Assembly: GCA_051941275.1 (NCBI GenBank) | Contig: JAVEBF010000052.1 | Span: 1-38,920 of the forward strand | Length of the DNA: 38,920 bases | Direction of reading: 5' to 3' | Origin: Dirinaria sp. TL-2023a | Lineage: Eukaryota | In this document: in pieces, positions 24,490-35,753 of the stretch | Layout of the letters: every line of letters begins with the position of its first letter | Position numbering within the stretch: the stretch's first letter is position 1 | The notes under the pieces: generated by a model | Databases searched by the model: none | Told to the model about the DNA's origin: nothing | What the model saw: the letters and a program-made list of their open reading frames with translations, nothing else | Made by a program: the position numbers and the translations under genes

Positions 24490-25127
24490 TTAAACCACTT
24501 GCAGCAACCCTTTCCCAACCGCGAACTGCCCATCAATAGTAGCTCCAACCGTAACCACCAAAATCTCGAAATTGAATCTGAGACCCACCCCTTCAGTAAA
24601 GCCCTCGTACTTATTAATGAACTCTCGAATTCCAGTCAATGCAGCATTCCAGATCCTCCAACTCAGGCGATAGCCGTGTGTTTCCGGGGCCGGCTTGACC
24701 ATCAGATCCATGTGGTCCCACCACGTGTAGACGCGATTCTCCATGGGTTCATTTGGAGCGTGTTGGGCGCACTCGGAGGCGGCGGAGTTGATGATGTTCT
24801 GGACCCAGGTTGCTTCGCGCCTCTGCGTAAGATATTTGCGGAAGACCAGGACGACTGGGGAATTAGGAACTGCGTAAGCTAGAGGATCAGGCGGTGGGAA
24901 TGGTGGTAGTGGTGCAGCGCTGGAGGGTTTGTTAGCAAAGAGGAATCATTAGGAAGGGGTTGGATTTACCTGAGGTTCCCGGCAGGGAGTGTGAGCGAAG
25001 AGTTTGATGGAAGCGCGATAATACCGTCATTAGAAGAGACCCCAGGGCGTTGCAGAGGTCCAGCTGCTAGAATGCCACCGACGAGGCATAGGAGGGCTGT
25101 GATGTAGAATGGAGTTCGAGTCGACAT
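24490..25127 (-). CDS. Small secreted protein of unknown function, possibly KP4-like fold; 2 exons (25127-24970, 24919-24490), 195 aa
   Basis: Signal peptide MSTRTPFYITALLCLVGGILA. A phase-2 intron (gtaaat..ctaac..ctccag) gives in-frame PPPDPLAYAVPNSPVVLVFRKY...LSWRIWNAALTGIREF...FNFEI...GKGLL. Confidence 0.78.
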
Positions 25128-27428
25128 TTTCGCTTGCAATTGGCATACGAGGAAGAAGTGGCAAACACATCTTCGCTCTATCACCATATTTATACATTGC
25201 TTTGCGGCTATGTACACTGGTATATGCTTTAAGCGCTGAGTTACGCGATGCTCGCGCTCAAAGACCAACGATATGCGAACATGGAGAGCGGCACGTCTGC
25301 CGCTTTTGATATCGCGATTAGACTGTAACTCAGATGCGGCGGCACAAGAATAGATACGGATCAAGGTCAATTTTCTACCACACATAAGAAGCATTAAAAA
25401 AATATTAATAATCCAATCTAATCTTTCACGGTTTATGTAGTAGTGAGACGACCACAGCGATGGCAAAAAATCGTATTATGTTATAAGAGCCTTGACAACA
25501 TGGAAAAAGATAACTGCGAGATTAGAACGAACTGTTATGAATCTCTGTCTAAAGAAATGTCTAAACTTACATTCCTTCCTGAACCGAAATCATTAACCAC
25601 ATGTGTCTCTCTCGCCGACTTCTGAAGCTACTCATTCGCATGTCCTTAGTCAATGATACTCCACTTGCAGCGCATTCTTACCAACATCCTCTCAATCCTC
25701 TCAGCACCACCTATACCATGTGTTAGGATTGCAAGAGTGCAAAGCAGCAATGACAATTAGGTGCATAGTATTGACTTGTGTAGAGACTATGGAGCAGGTA
25801 AGGAGCAGGAAAATACTATATACACGGTGTGCGGGTGCCAAGGCGCTAGTGGAGACACTAGACCCCTTTGGTCAAACCATATAGGTAGGTGGTTATTGCT
25901 GTTTCCAACACCATGCTTTGCGGCTCCTGAAGCAGCTACTTAATTTCACTCTTCTCGGCCCAAAACTTATCCGGCACGTACAACCGTTTTCCCGTCTTCA
26001 CTGTCCTACAGCCTATCGCCGCATCAAACCTGTCGGTGTAGGTCTGACGTCAATGGCGCAGGCAGTATCGGAGCGTGTTGATGGTCAACTTGCATGCTTG
26101 TTATTAAAAAGAAGAAGGATCCTAGTACGGAGTATGGCCTAAATACACGATAATATTGCACTAGCAGCCCGATGGGCCAATCCCGAGGTATAGCCGAGAA
26201 ACCCCGAGGTCTAGCCGAAAGGTAACTGTACCTTACCTCCAACAAAACCGCATTTCACCCGAGCACAAGCCCGGAAAAGATAGAAGCGGTCGCGCAGTCT
26301 TCCCTCCGTAGCAGCCTTCTCATTTCTTAATGAAGGACATGGCCGCACCAGAGAGTGGCAATATCATGAAGGAACAGAACATATCCATTTCTATTATGAT
26401 CGATTGTGCGAAAGTCCATGATTGGCTAGGAGCGAGCGATAAGCGAATCCGCTCTTGCTTGCTTTTAGCCTTTTCAGGACATGTAGTTAGTCTTGTCGTA
26501 TCTTGGCATCACCGCCATCTAAGGTATCATCATTGCGCAACGTAAAATTGTTTATGCTGTGTCGAAACTCGCGTATACCGAAATCTTTATTGTGTGCATA
26601 TTTCCCTCGTCGTCGCCATCCTGACATGCGAATATTGTGGAGTCGCTATCTGCGCAGCCATCTCCAGCTTCTTGTAAATATGATGACGATGAGAAAGATT
26701 TGTGATCATCGAGAACCTCAGTGAACGCCAGATTTGATGACTCGAAAAACAATCCGGTGTAGCGCAATGATGATGTCCTGATGGTGTTGTGAGACATAAA
26801 GGCTTTCTGCGAGTTCAACATACAATCTAAAGGGTGGGTGTGTGGTTTTCTGCAGTGCCAAGATACAACAAGAGTACGAAGTACTGAAAACACTAATTAG
26901 CTGGAAGTATGCACTACTACTGCATGCGATCGCTGTCGAGCGAAGTCTCGAAACGCCATTCCATTGCATGGCTGGCTGAGACTAGGCACAAGCACGCCAC
27001 ATCCTCTTAAACCATGTCCTTAATTCTTGTTAGCAGGACGTGCAAATGGTCTCACGTTCGAGAATATCGGAACGCGGTTCTCATTTGCTCAATAGTGAGA
27101 GCCATACACTGCTGCAGCAGATAGCGCTCTCGGACGAAGTCTTGAGAACGCTTCTCTATCGCGTGGCTGGCTGAGCTTAGTGATAAGCACGCCACTCTCG
27201 CTTGGACCTTGTTTTTACTTCTTCTCAGCAGCATGTTCAAGATGGCTCCCATTCGAATGTGCCGAAACGCTTGTACGGGCATCTATAACTGAGCTCACTT
27301 GTCCACTTTCTATAGTACATCACATTCCCTGCATTCCTTCCGCTGCACTATCTCACTCGATTATCCTAAGGGAAGTTGCGCCTTCTACCATCAGCTTCAT
27401 AGAAAATTCTACATAGATAGAAGTAATT

Positions 27429-29329
27429 ATGCCTAGAGATTACGCAAAGCTTCGAAAGAGGTTCTTCCTCAACCTGGATGGTCTGGCTGCTACCGTATAT
27501 CGTTTTTCTATTGTTCGCTGGCCGCAATTATAGGAACGGGCCAGGTATTTTCTGTCCTATACCTCATTTGGCCAAAGCCACCCTCTAACACTCTAAGGCT
27601 GAGTACTCGGCCGCAGCCAAATTCATTGATGGCAAGGCGACATCGGTGCCGGTGTCCAACGTAGCCAGGATCGGTCGCGCGACGTTGCTGGAAGATGTCG
27701 AGAATAACATCGAGCAAGTAGTCTACTACCAAACTGGACTGGCTGCGAGGGCCGAACTGGGTCTAGCTCAATCGCTTCGAGACGGTGGATATGGACAGGG
27801 CCTTGTCTCCAACGTGCGGGAGGCTTACGGTTTCTTGTGCAATAACTACGACTATGGCGATGAGATCTTCATCACTGGGTTCTCTCGTGGCGCTTTCACG
27901 GCGCGCAGTGTCGCGGGTTTGATAGGGAAGATTGGAATTTTGACCAAGAGAGGGTTGGATCAATTTTAGGAAGCTTTCGAGTACTATGAGTCCTACAAAA
28001 AGTATGAAGAAGAAAAAAAAACCATGCCCTGTTTCCGAAGAGGTCGGTCTTACCCTGTTATGAGCTTTCATCCTGCCAAACATTGAGCTGACGCCAATAA
28101 AGGCTGGAACGACGAGAAAGTCCCTACCGGACGGAACTCCGATCACTATTAAAGCGGTAGGTGTGTGGGATACCGTAGGTATGTCAGCTAGCACCGATTC
28201 GAATGCTAAAAGTTCGAGACTAAAGGCATGCAAGGTGCATTGTCTGGCGACTACAGTTTCCACGACGTGGGGATTGGAAAACACATCGAAAACAGGCTCC
28301 ATATCCTTTCTGTCAATGAAAAAAGAGCATATTACGAATCGGCTTTATGGGAGAATGCGCAGACAAATAGACCATTCAAGAACTTCGAACAAGCATGGAC
28401 TGTCGGCGATCATTCCAACGTTGGTGGCTCATGGGAAGATCAGCAGCTAGCGGACATTACTTTGGCTTGGATGATGTCGCGATTCGAGGTCGTAGAAATC
28501 AAATTTGATCAGACCTACATCTACCGCGAATACGTCAAGTTCAACAACTTCATCAAGAAAAGAGCACCGCTTCTCCAAAGCTCAGGTGGCAGTGACGAAG
28601 ACCCACCTTACCCGAAAGACGCAGGGTTAAATCCCAGAACATGGGGCGAAGGTACATCTCATCAACACAATTTCCAGATAGGACCAAAGATCGCCTGCTT
28701 ACAATCAACTAGGCCGCAGCCGCACGCTCGAAGACGACAAACTATCGGGCGGCGGCGAAAAGCTCCGTACTCCAGCAATGATCCGCAGGCCAGTCCTTCA
28801 CCCCGCCACATGGCTAGCAAGTGCCTACATCGCTCAAGACGGTGAGCCACTCCAAAACACTAACGAGACCTTCCATCCCGTCGTCCGCTACCGGCACTTC
28901 TCCAAGAACCAAGACAAGCTCGGCGCCCATGACGCAGGACCCTACGATCCGAAGAATCTGACCGCAGACTGGACGTGGCCGGCGGCGCAGAGTGATGGAA
29001 GGATCGGTGCGCCAGCAGACAAAGGCGTGGCGGCTGGCGCGGATGGAGTGATGAAGTGGCAGAGGAAAGGGTACAAAGGGGAAACGATCACAGTGACAGA
29101 GAGTCCGATGGGGAAGTTTGAAAAGTGGTTGCTCGCGCTCTACGACCAGGATCCTGTGCTGCAGACGAGAGATGGAAGTGTGTGGAAGAAGGTGTTGGGT
29201 GGGAATGGGTAAGTGATTTTGCGCATGGATAATCCAAAGCGATGTTTTAGTGCTAATTGGCTCAGGCCCCCGGAGGATATTAAAAGCATCGTTCAGCAAT
29301 TACGGGAGGGGAAAGATATCAATACGTGA
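27429..29329 (+). pseudogene. Tle1-like/DUF2235 alpha/beta-hydrolase (phospholipase-like), apparently disrupted; exons 27429-27480, 27534-27544, 27598-28042, 28103-28178, 28235-28651, 28713-29208, 29266-29329
   Basis: Motifs KRFFLNLDGTG, SNVARI, VYYQTGL, EAYGFLCNNY, EIFITGFSRGAFTAR (nucleophile Ser), IKAVGVWDTVG (Asp) and GDHSNVGG (His). In-frame TAG at 27967-27969, and a phase mismatch across intron 28043-28102 just after an A9 run. The last exon is inferred; otherwise the gene stops at 29212. Confidence 0.8.
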
Positions 29330-31677
29330 GAAGCCCGAAAGAACAAGGCTACTGTCGAGGAGTGTAGTCTGACACTGTATCGGACCGTCTGTCTGTACCT
29401 GACTTTCATTCCTGTCCTCATTTCTTAATTTTAGCATCCTTAAAAACTTCTTGTCGTATCGAGTGAAATCATTCAAAGCCCTTGAAGCCTTGATATGACG
29501 TCCCACATTTCCAATGCAATTGACTCAAGTTAACATTGCTCAAGACATCGAGCAACAAATCCAATCTCGATGGGAGAATTCCAACCAATCATCACTTCGA
29601 TATCGAGTCCGAACGTACGAATGTGTCAATGCAAGGCTTCCTCATCGACCTGAGTAGCTTCCAGATACCCAACCGTCAATGTAAAAGCATTGTCCGCGCC
29701 ACGCTTGTATTGCCGCAACGAGAACCATCCAAACCGCGGTAAAAGAGAAGACTCCTAATTGAATCTCAAGTGCTGGCCTCATCATCCACGAGGTTGGGGA
29801 AGAAGTTCGGTCAAAACGCACGATCGCAGCAAGTATCGAGCGCGCTTCGGGTCGGCAACCGCATTCTCCTTTGGATTCCTTAGCCGCTAGGATTCTTTTT
29901 GATAGGAATCGCGGTATAGGTAAATCATGGGTTTCCAAACATTCGCATCCCAATGGTTTGGAACCAGTGTTGCGGGCGATGTTGCGTTTATGCCTAGGTA
30001 TTTAGACGGGCATTAGTACCGACTAGCAGCAGGCTTAGGCCATGCGGCCCGTCCGTTTACGATTAGCGATACTTGATATCGCAAGCTTCTTCTAAAGATG
30101 CGACAGCCGAAGAAGCACCTGATTCGCCGACCAACGAAGGTCTGGAATTTCCTTAGCATCCAGCCACTTCGCCGCTACCGACAGAGTCGATCAATCGCAT
30201 CAGAAAGTAGAGCCGAATGGGAAACCCTTGATAGAATACTCACGGCAATGGAAGCGACTAAATACTTCCCTTACTTATTCGCTCAACTGGCCAACTATTT
30301 CGAGACGACTAATCATATGGCCGCTGCTCGTCTGCATAGATTCGCTCAATCAAGCCACATATCGAATTTCATTTAAGGTCCCACTGCCGCCACACCGCCC
30401 TACTCTATTAAATGACCCATCCTTCTCGCTAATTATTCATTCTCGCGTGGTAATGCATCGGACCTCTGATGTCTCGGATTTAAGTATCAATTTCTCTGCT
30501 CTGACAGAATAAAAGTTCCAAGAAACTACGATTTCACGAGATGGCGATGGACCGATTCACCACGAATGTGCCATCGTCAAATAGGCAAAACGTCAAAGCT
30601 GTTAAAGCTATCAGAAAGAAATTTGAGAGAGGCATTAGTTATTATATTGATAGATGAAAACAATAGGGAAGGTAGAGTGGCAGTACATTGGGGTGGTGTG
30701 GCGGCAGCGAGAACCTTTAATCTACCGAGTGAGTTCTTCAACCTTCTCTTCTCAGTAAGGCAGAGCTGTAGCAAGTGTCTCTAGACTAGGACAGAATGTT
30801 CGAGACCCAAATCTGAATTCAAGCACGGGATGTTCCCGTCTCACGACTAAACGCGAGATCCTTTGCCAAGAAAATGTGGTATTCGTAAGCCACAAGCGAA
30901 GTGCCATTGACACGAGGTCGGTGGTTCGGATAGGCTTATAAGTATCTTACCTATTCATGACATTCTCAACCTAGCTGGCACTAAAGTACCTCAATCACTC
31001 AGCTCTGCAAAAGCTAACATTAGGGCAGCTTTTCTCAAGTCCTCGAACCCCACGTTGCCGTACACTATGCTGAATCTCCTAGCCAAGATCGGTCGATTTT
31101 CAGCCTCAATCTTCATATGCTCACCTTTCCTGGACGACCTGCAGTAGTGCCGTCGACCATAGCCCTCCGAAATGTGTCAGACGGCTCGTCAGAGAGTAGT
31201 ATGCTGACACACACAACTAATTACTTTGTGACCATGGCTGTCGTCTAGAATGAGAAGCTCGCCTGTTTAGACGGAAAATAGTCTCTTTAACCGAGAATCT
31301 CGCCTAAATGGACACAGGTTTTCTCTGGTTTGATCCGAACTGATTTCGACCATATCATACCGCTATTTCAACCGATGACAGTATTCCGCAGCTTCCATTT
31401 TCAGCCGTCTTCGTTTTTCATTAGCGAATGGATCTTACCACATTAAGAAGCTTGTACAATGAGACAAATCTCTGCTGGATAGAAAGAGTCCGTCTAAAGA
31501 TGTCTTATAGTGGCGTTTGGTTCTGGCGCTACGCTAGAATCACTGATATGCAAAGATCCACCTTTGCTATCTATATATCTAGTCTTATCGTCTTTTTTCG
31601 TGTCTGTATTCTTGTGCAATATGCTTTCCAACTTCTCTTCGACGCACTGACCCTTTTACCTTTGAAATTTCAAAGCC

Positions 31678-33546
31678 ATGATCGGCCTCTTAAACTCTTC
31701 AAGCTCTAAAAGCATAGCGCCAATGACAAGCTTGGGAGATTTCCACATGGCACTTGTTACTCCCAAAATCTACACTGAGCTCAAGCTGCGGTCCTCTGAG
31801 TCGCCGTGGTCGATAATTTGGGTCTTTGTATCTCTACTGTGGATTTGGCTCATCAGCAAACTTTTCAGTCGCCAGAGCGTGCCAAATCGGCGCGGTCGAA
31901 GTCCACCGCAAGTGCCATACTCGATACCACTGGTTGGGAACCTGATCACATTTTTGCGAGCTCCTCATCAATTAGCAGCATCAATAACGTCAGAACTCTC
32001 ACCTCTGCTATTTTTGTCTCAAGACTAACCTTGTTGTAGGCAAACGTTCGGAAAATCTGGCATTGTTCGTCTCAACTTCTTCAACAGGGACGTCTACGTC
32101 ATCTCCGGCTCTGAGTATCTTAAAGCCGTCTGGAAAGACACCAAAGGCATGTCATCCTGCGACGGCTTGAATGTAGCACTCCGGAATATGTTCAATACGC
32201 CAAGGAAGGACATGGCTTTCATCAAGAAAGATAGGTCGGGAATCTCCCATGATCCACATCCCCTGAGTACTATCAAGCCCGAGAATCGCGTGTTTCATCA
32301 CGCTTTCAAGGCCACGGCAGATTTCCTTACTGGTCCACATCTTGCCGTTACAGCTCAAAAATTCCAGCAGTCAATGCAAAAGAACATAAACACTGCCCCC
32401 GTGCAAGATGAATGGATCGAGATGGAAGACCTTCTTGGCTTCCTTCGCCCTCTCATAGCTCATTCGACCGTGGAGGCCATCTGCGGCCCAGATTTCGTGA
32501 GGAGATTTCCAGATTTTGTTGAGAACTTCTATGACTTTAATGGCAAAGTGCATAAGCTGCTTTACGGTTGGCCAGGGTTTTTACTACCAAAAGCTTGGTA
32601 TGCGCGCGAGCGTTGCATTAGCATTTTGAAGGAATGGCGTGCAACGACCATCGAGCAGGATTTTGATGGCAATGGTATGATGACGGCTCGGTGGCGCTAC
32701 TTTTCAAAGATGTCGGGAATGAGCGATTATGGAGTTGCATGTCAAGATCTTGGTATTCTCTGGGGGTTGGTTGCTCATGCCCACGACAAATAGCTTGGCT
32801 CACTAACGTTGATTAGGATGTTCTCAAATTCGATGCCTTCAGGCTTCTGGCTCTTCTGGCACGCATTGCAAGACCGAACACTTCTCGCTGAAGCCGCGAC
32901 CGAAATCGATGCCTGCAGGATAAGCTCCGACAAACGCATTTCTTTTTTGGAGACAAAGCAGATTACGAATCAACCTCTTCTGCAATCTCTCTACGCCGAA
33001 ACACTTCGAAAATATGCCGCTGTCTATATAACTCGCACAACAGAGTATCAAGACGCACAGGTCCTCGACTACCGAATCCCTCAGGGCAATATGATCATTA
33101 TCAATAGTAACATCGCACACATGGACGAGCGCAATTGGAATACTGGGGCCAGGGGCGAGCATCCAGTCACCAGCTTTTGGGGCCAGAGGTTCCTTACCTC
33201 GAGCCCTGATTCCCAATCTTCGCTTACTCCGTCCGAAGGAATAGACAGCGGATACTCTTCTGCGACTGATTCCCTTGCCGAATCGAAACCCGAAATCAAG
33301 AGATTCTCCCTCGAGCGCTACAAAGGCGCGTGGGTTCCCTTTGGTGGGGGATTTCACATGTGTCCCGGGCGCCATTGGGTGAAGACTCAAATGCTTCTGA
33401 GCTTTGCAATGATCACAGAGGCTTTTGACATTGAATTGCTTGCTACGCAGGAGCTGAGTTTAGACACTTCGAGGTATGGGCTGGGGGCATTGTATCCTGC
33501 CGAGAAGGCGAGGTTCAGGATCCGAAGAAAGCAAGCGAATGCATGA
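31678..33546 (+). CDS. Cytochrome P450, CYP7/CYP8 (sterol 7-alpha-hydroxylase/prostacyclin synthase)-like fungal group; 3 exons (31678-31988, 32040-32765, 32817-33546); the true start may be a downstream ATG (31723 or 31747)
   Basis: TM anchor plus PPQVPYSIPLVGN; I-helix ILWG|MFSNSMPSGFW; AETLR; FWGQRF; heme motif PFGGGFHMCPGRH. Confidence 0.92.
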
Positions 33547-34364
33547 CATGCCATTCGATCTTGATTTTCAATATTTTTTCATGTGTTAAGTTCTTCCCGT
33601 GTGGCCTCGCCACCGCCAGCAGAACCTCATTCATTGTGGGTCAACGAAAGACCTAATTTTTTCCCCTGCGCGTGGATTACACGGTGCATGTCCTATTGTC
33701 AACGAAAGGGATTGAATTATCTGTCTGTGGAACTAGTTTTCTTTGACTCTGGATCCGTCATCAAGTGAGCATGGAGCAGCGACGAAGTGATCTCGAGAAA
33801 ATGTAGCATTAGGATGCCAAGAAGTAATCTGCAACCCTAACCCTCTGCAACAGGGGTAAATGCTGACTTTCAATGGGCGCTACCTTAGGCAGGTACTTTG
33901 AAGTACTTTGTCACATTCTCAGGCTAGTCTTAGCGAATAAGATACCCAGTATTCAGCCCACAACCGCCTCGAACGATTTAGTTCAAGCTCTCATCACGAA
34001 CCGGTGCGAATTCAAAAGCTTACCTTCAAGCCAAAACCATGAAGCTACAGTAAATCTCAGACACCCGCAAGCTTTAGCATGCTGCTACGCAGCTACTATC
34101 ACTTTCCTTCCGCCTTTTCACATGTGGAATTTCATTGGACCCTAAGGGGCTGATAAGAGAGGTCTGTGTGTTGGCTTCCTTGATTTCCTATTAAGCTGCT
34201 CGCCTGCTATCGGTTGCGAATGTATCTCTTTGCATTTCTCGCATTAATGCTCCGCCCCAGCCTACAATGCTGCGTGGTCGGCATGCACGCCATCGTGGTT
34301 CATTTTTGCACAATGATTGTACGGCATTGAAACCGCCTGTTCAGCTGGACGAGATCACAGCAAC

Positions 34365-35753
34365 ATGGAGCCTACACTTACCTCCGATCAGCAACGGCTC
34401 ATGGCTTTCACGGAGCGCATCGTTTCAGGCATCTCCATCGCTGGCATCCTCTTCATAATTCTCACGTACTTGATGTCATCATCCTTCTCGAAACCTATCA
34501 ATCGATTGGTATTCTACGCTTCATGGGGAAATCTTGGGCTTTGCATTGTCGCATTGATATCAATGAAGGGCCCGGATGCCGGTCAGGATTCGGTCCTCTG
34601 TCAGTTCCAGGGCTTCATGGCGCAGCTGTAAGAATGTATCATCACATTACTACCTTCTCGTTGACGAGTCTTAGCTTTCTCGGCGTCGACGCGTACTGGG
34701 CGTTTTGTATGACCATTAACATATACCTCGTCTTTTACCGGGGCTACAACACCAAGCAGCTGCGAGGGCTTGATCACAAATATTTCGTGGCCTGCTACGG
34801 GTTTTCTCTCATTCCGGCGATTACCTATCTGTTTATTAAGACGAAGGAGCGAGGCAAGATATATGGAGGCGCCATTGTGAGTAGCAAGATCATGGACTAC
34901 CAAACTCCACCGTCGCTGACCGAGGTGATATAGCTGTGGTGCTGGGTGTCGAGCAAATGGTCTTTTCTTCGCATAGCAGTTCTCTATGGCTTCATGTGGT
35001 AATTTTCGCGTCAGTTGTTCGATCATCACAGTACTGAATATTCGTAGGATCGCTGTCATGATTGCAATGATCATCTACCTCAGGGCTGGCCGCGACGTAT
35101 GGAGAAAGCGCGACGCCCTAGACGGGTTCCTGAACCCTTTCAACGAAGCCCCCTTCACCAGCGTCATCATGACAACTGAAGTCACCATCACCTCCGAGGA
35201 ACGGAACCCATCACTGTCGAATCTTGAAGTGCAAGAGGATGACAAAAGTCGTTTGGCTGGCACCTACGACGCCTACACTGTCAACATTGAGCTCGGCCAA
35301 CCCCGACGACCAGGCCTACCCTCAAGACCTTCCCGACCGGCAGTCTTCCGTATTCCTTCCGTTACCCGAGCCGCTGCTCTGAGCGAAGCCAACGCCGATG
35401 CCTTCCTTTATGCCCGAGTCGCCTTCCTCTTTTTCATCGCGCTTCTCATCACCTGGGTCCCTTCGAGCGTTAATCGCGCATACGCCCTTGCCCATCCCAA
35501 TCACATCAACTTCGGTCTTAACTTTACCTCCGCCATCGTCTTCTCTAGCCAGGGAATGCTCAATTGTCTGGTTTACATGGCGACGTCGCAGTCTGCGTGT
35601 CGTAGAATGTGGAAAAAGCTACTAGGAAAACAAAAGGCGCCTACGAGAAAAGAGAATTATATGGCGTACACAAGGAGAAGAGGTGGCGAGAGAGCTGAAA
35701 GACGAGGTTTGGACAGCGAAGCCACAAGCATCACGAATCTCACGGCGCGATGA
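34365..35753 (+). CDS. cAMP-receptor-like (Dictyostelium CAR/CrlA-like) GPCR; 4 exons (34365-34627, 34675-34876, 34934-34998, 35048-35753), 411 aa
   Basis: Motifs KPINRLVFYASWGN, LCQFQGF, DAYWAFCM, IYGGAI|LWCWV, YARVAFLFFIALLITWVPSSVNR and SQGMLNCLVY; seven hydrophobic segments; all introns keep the frame. Confidence 0.92.

Noticed and set aside
27763..28302. 179-aa antisense ORF spanning the lesion region of the Tle1-like gene
   Set aside because: It runs through sense-strand introns and a poly-A tract, has no recognisable motif, and is most likely a shadow ORF.
11024..29329. Recent horizontal transfer of bacterial toxin genes (TNT, Tle1)
   Set aside because: Both genes have multiple spliceosomal introns and belong to families already widespread in fungi.
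29500..31400. Short ORFs upstream of the CYP7-like gene
   Set aside because: No motifs and no consistent exon chain; treated as intergenic or unidentifiable relic sequence.
3856..35753. Secondary-metabolite biosynthetic cluster (two P450s plus MFS)
   Set aside because: No PKS, NRPS, terpene cyclase, DMATS, RiPP precursor or cluster transcription factor is present, and the genes are widely dispersed.
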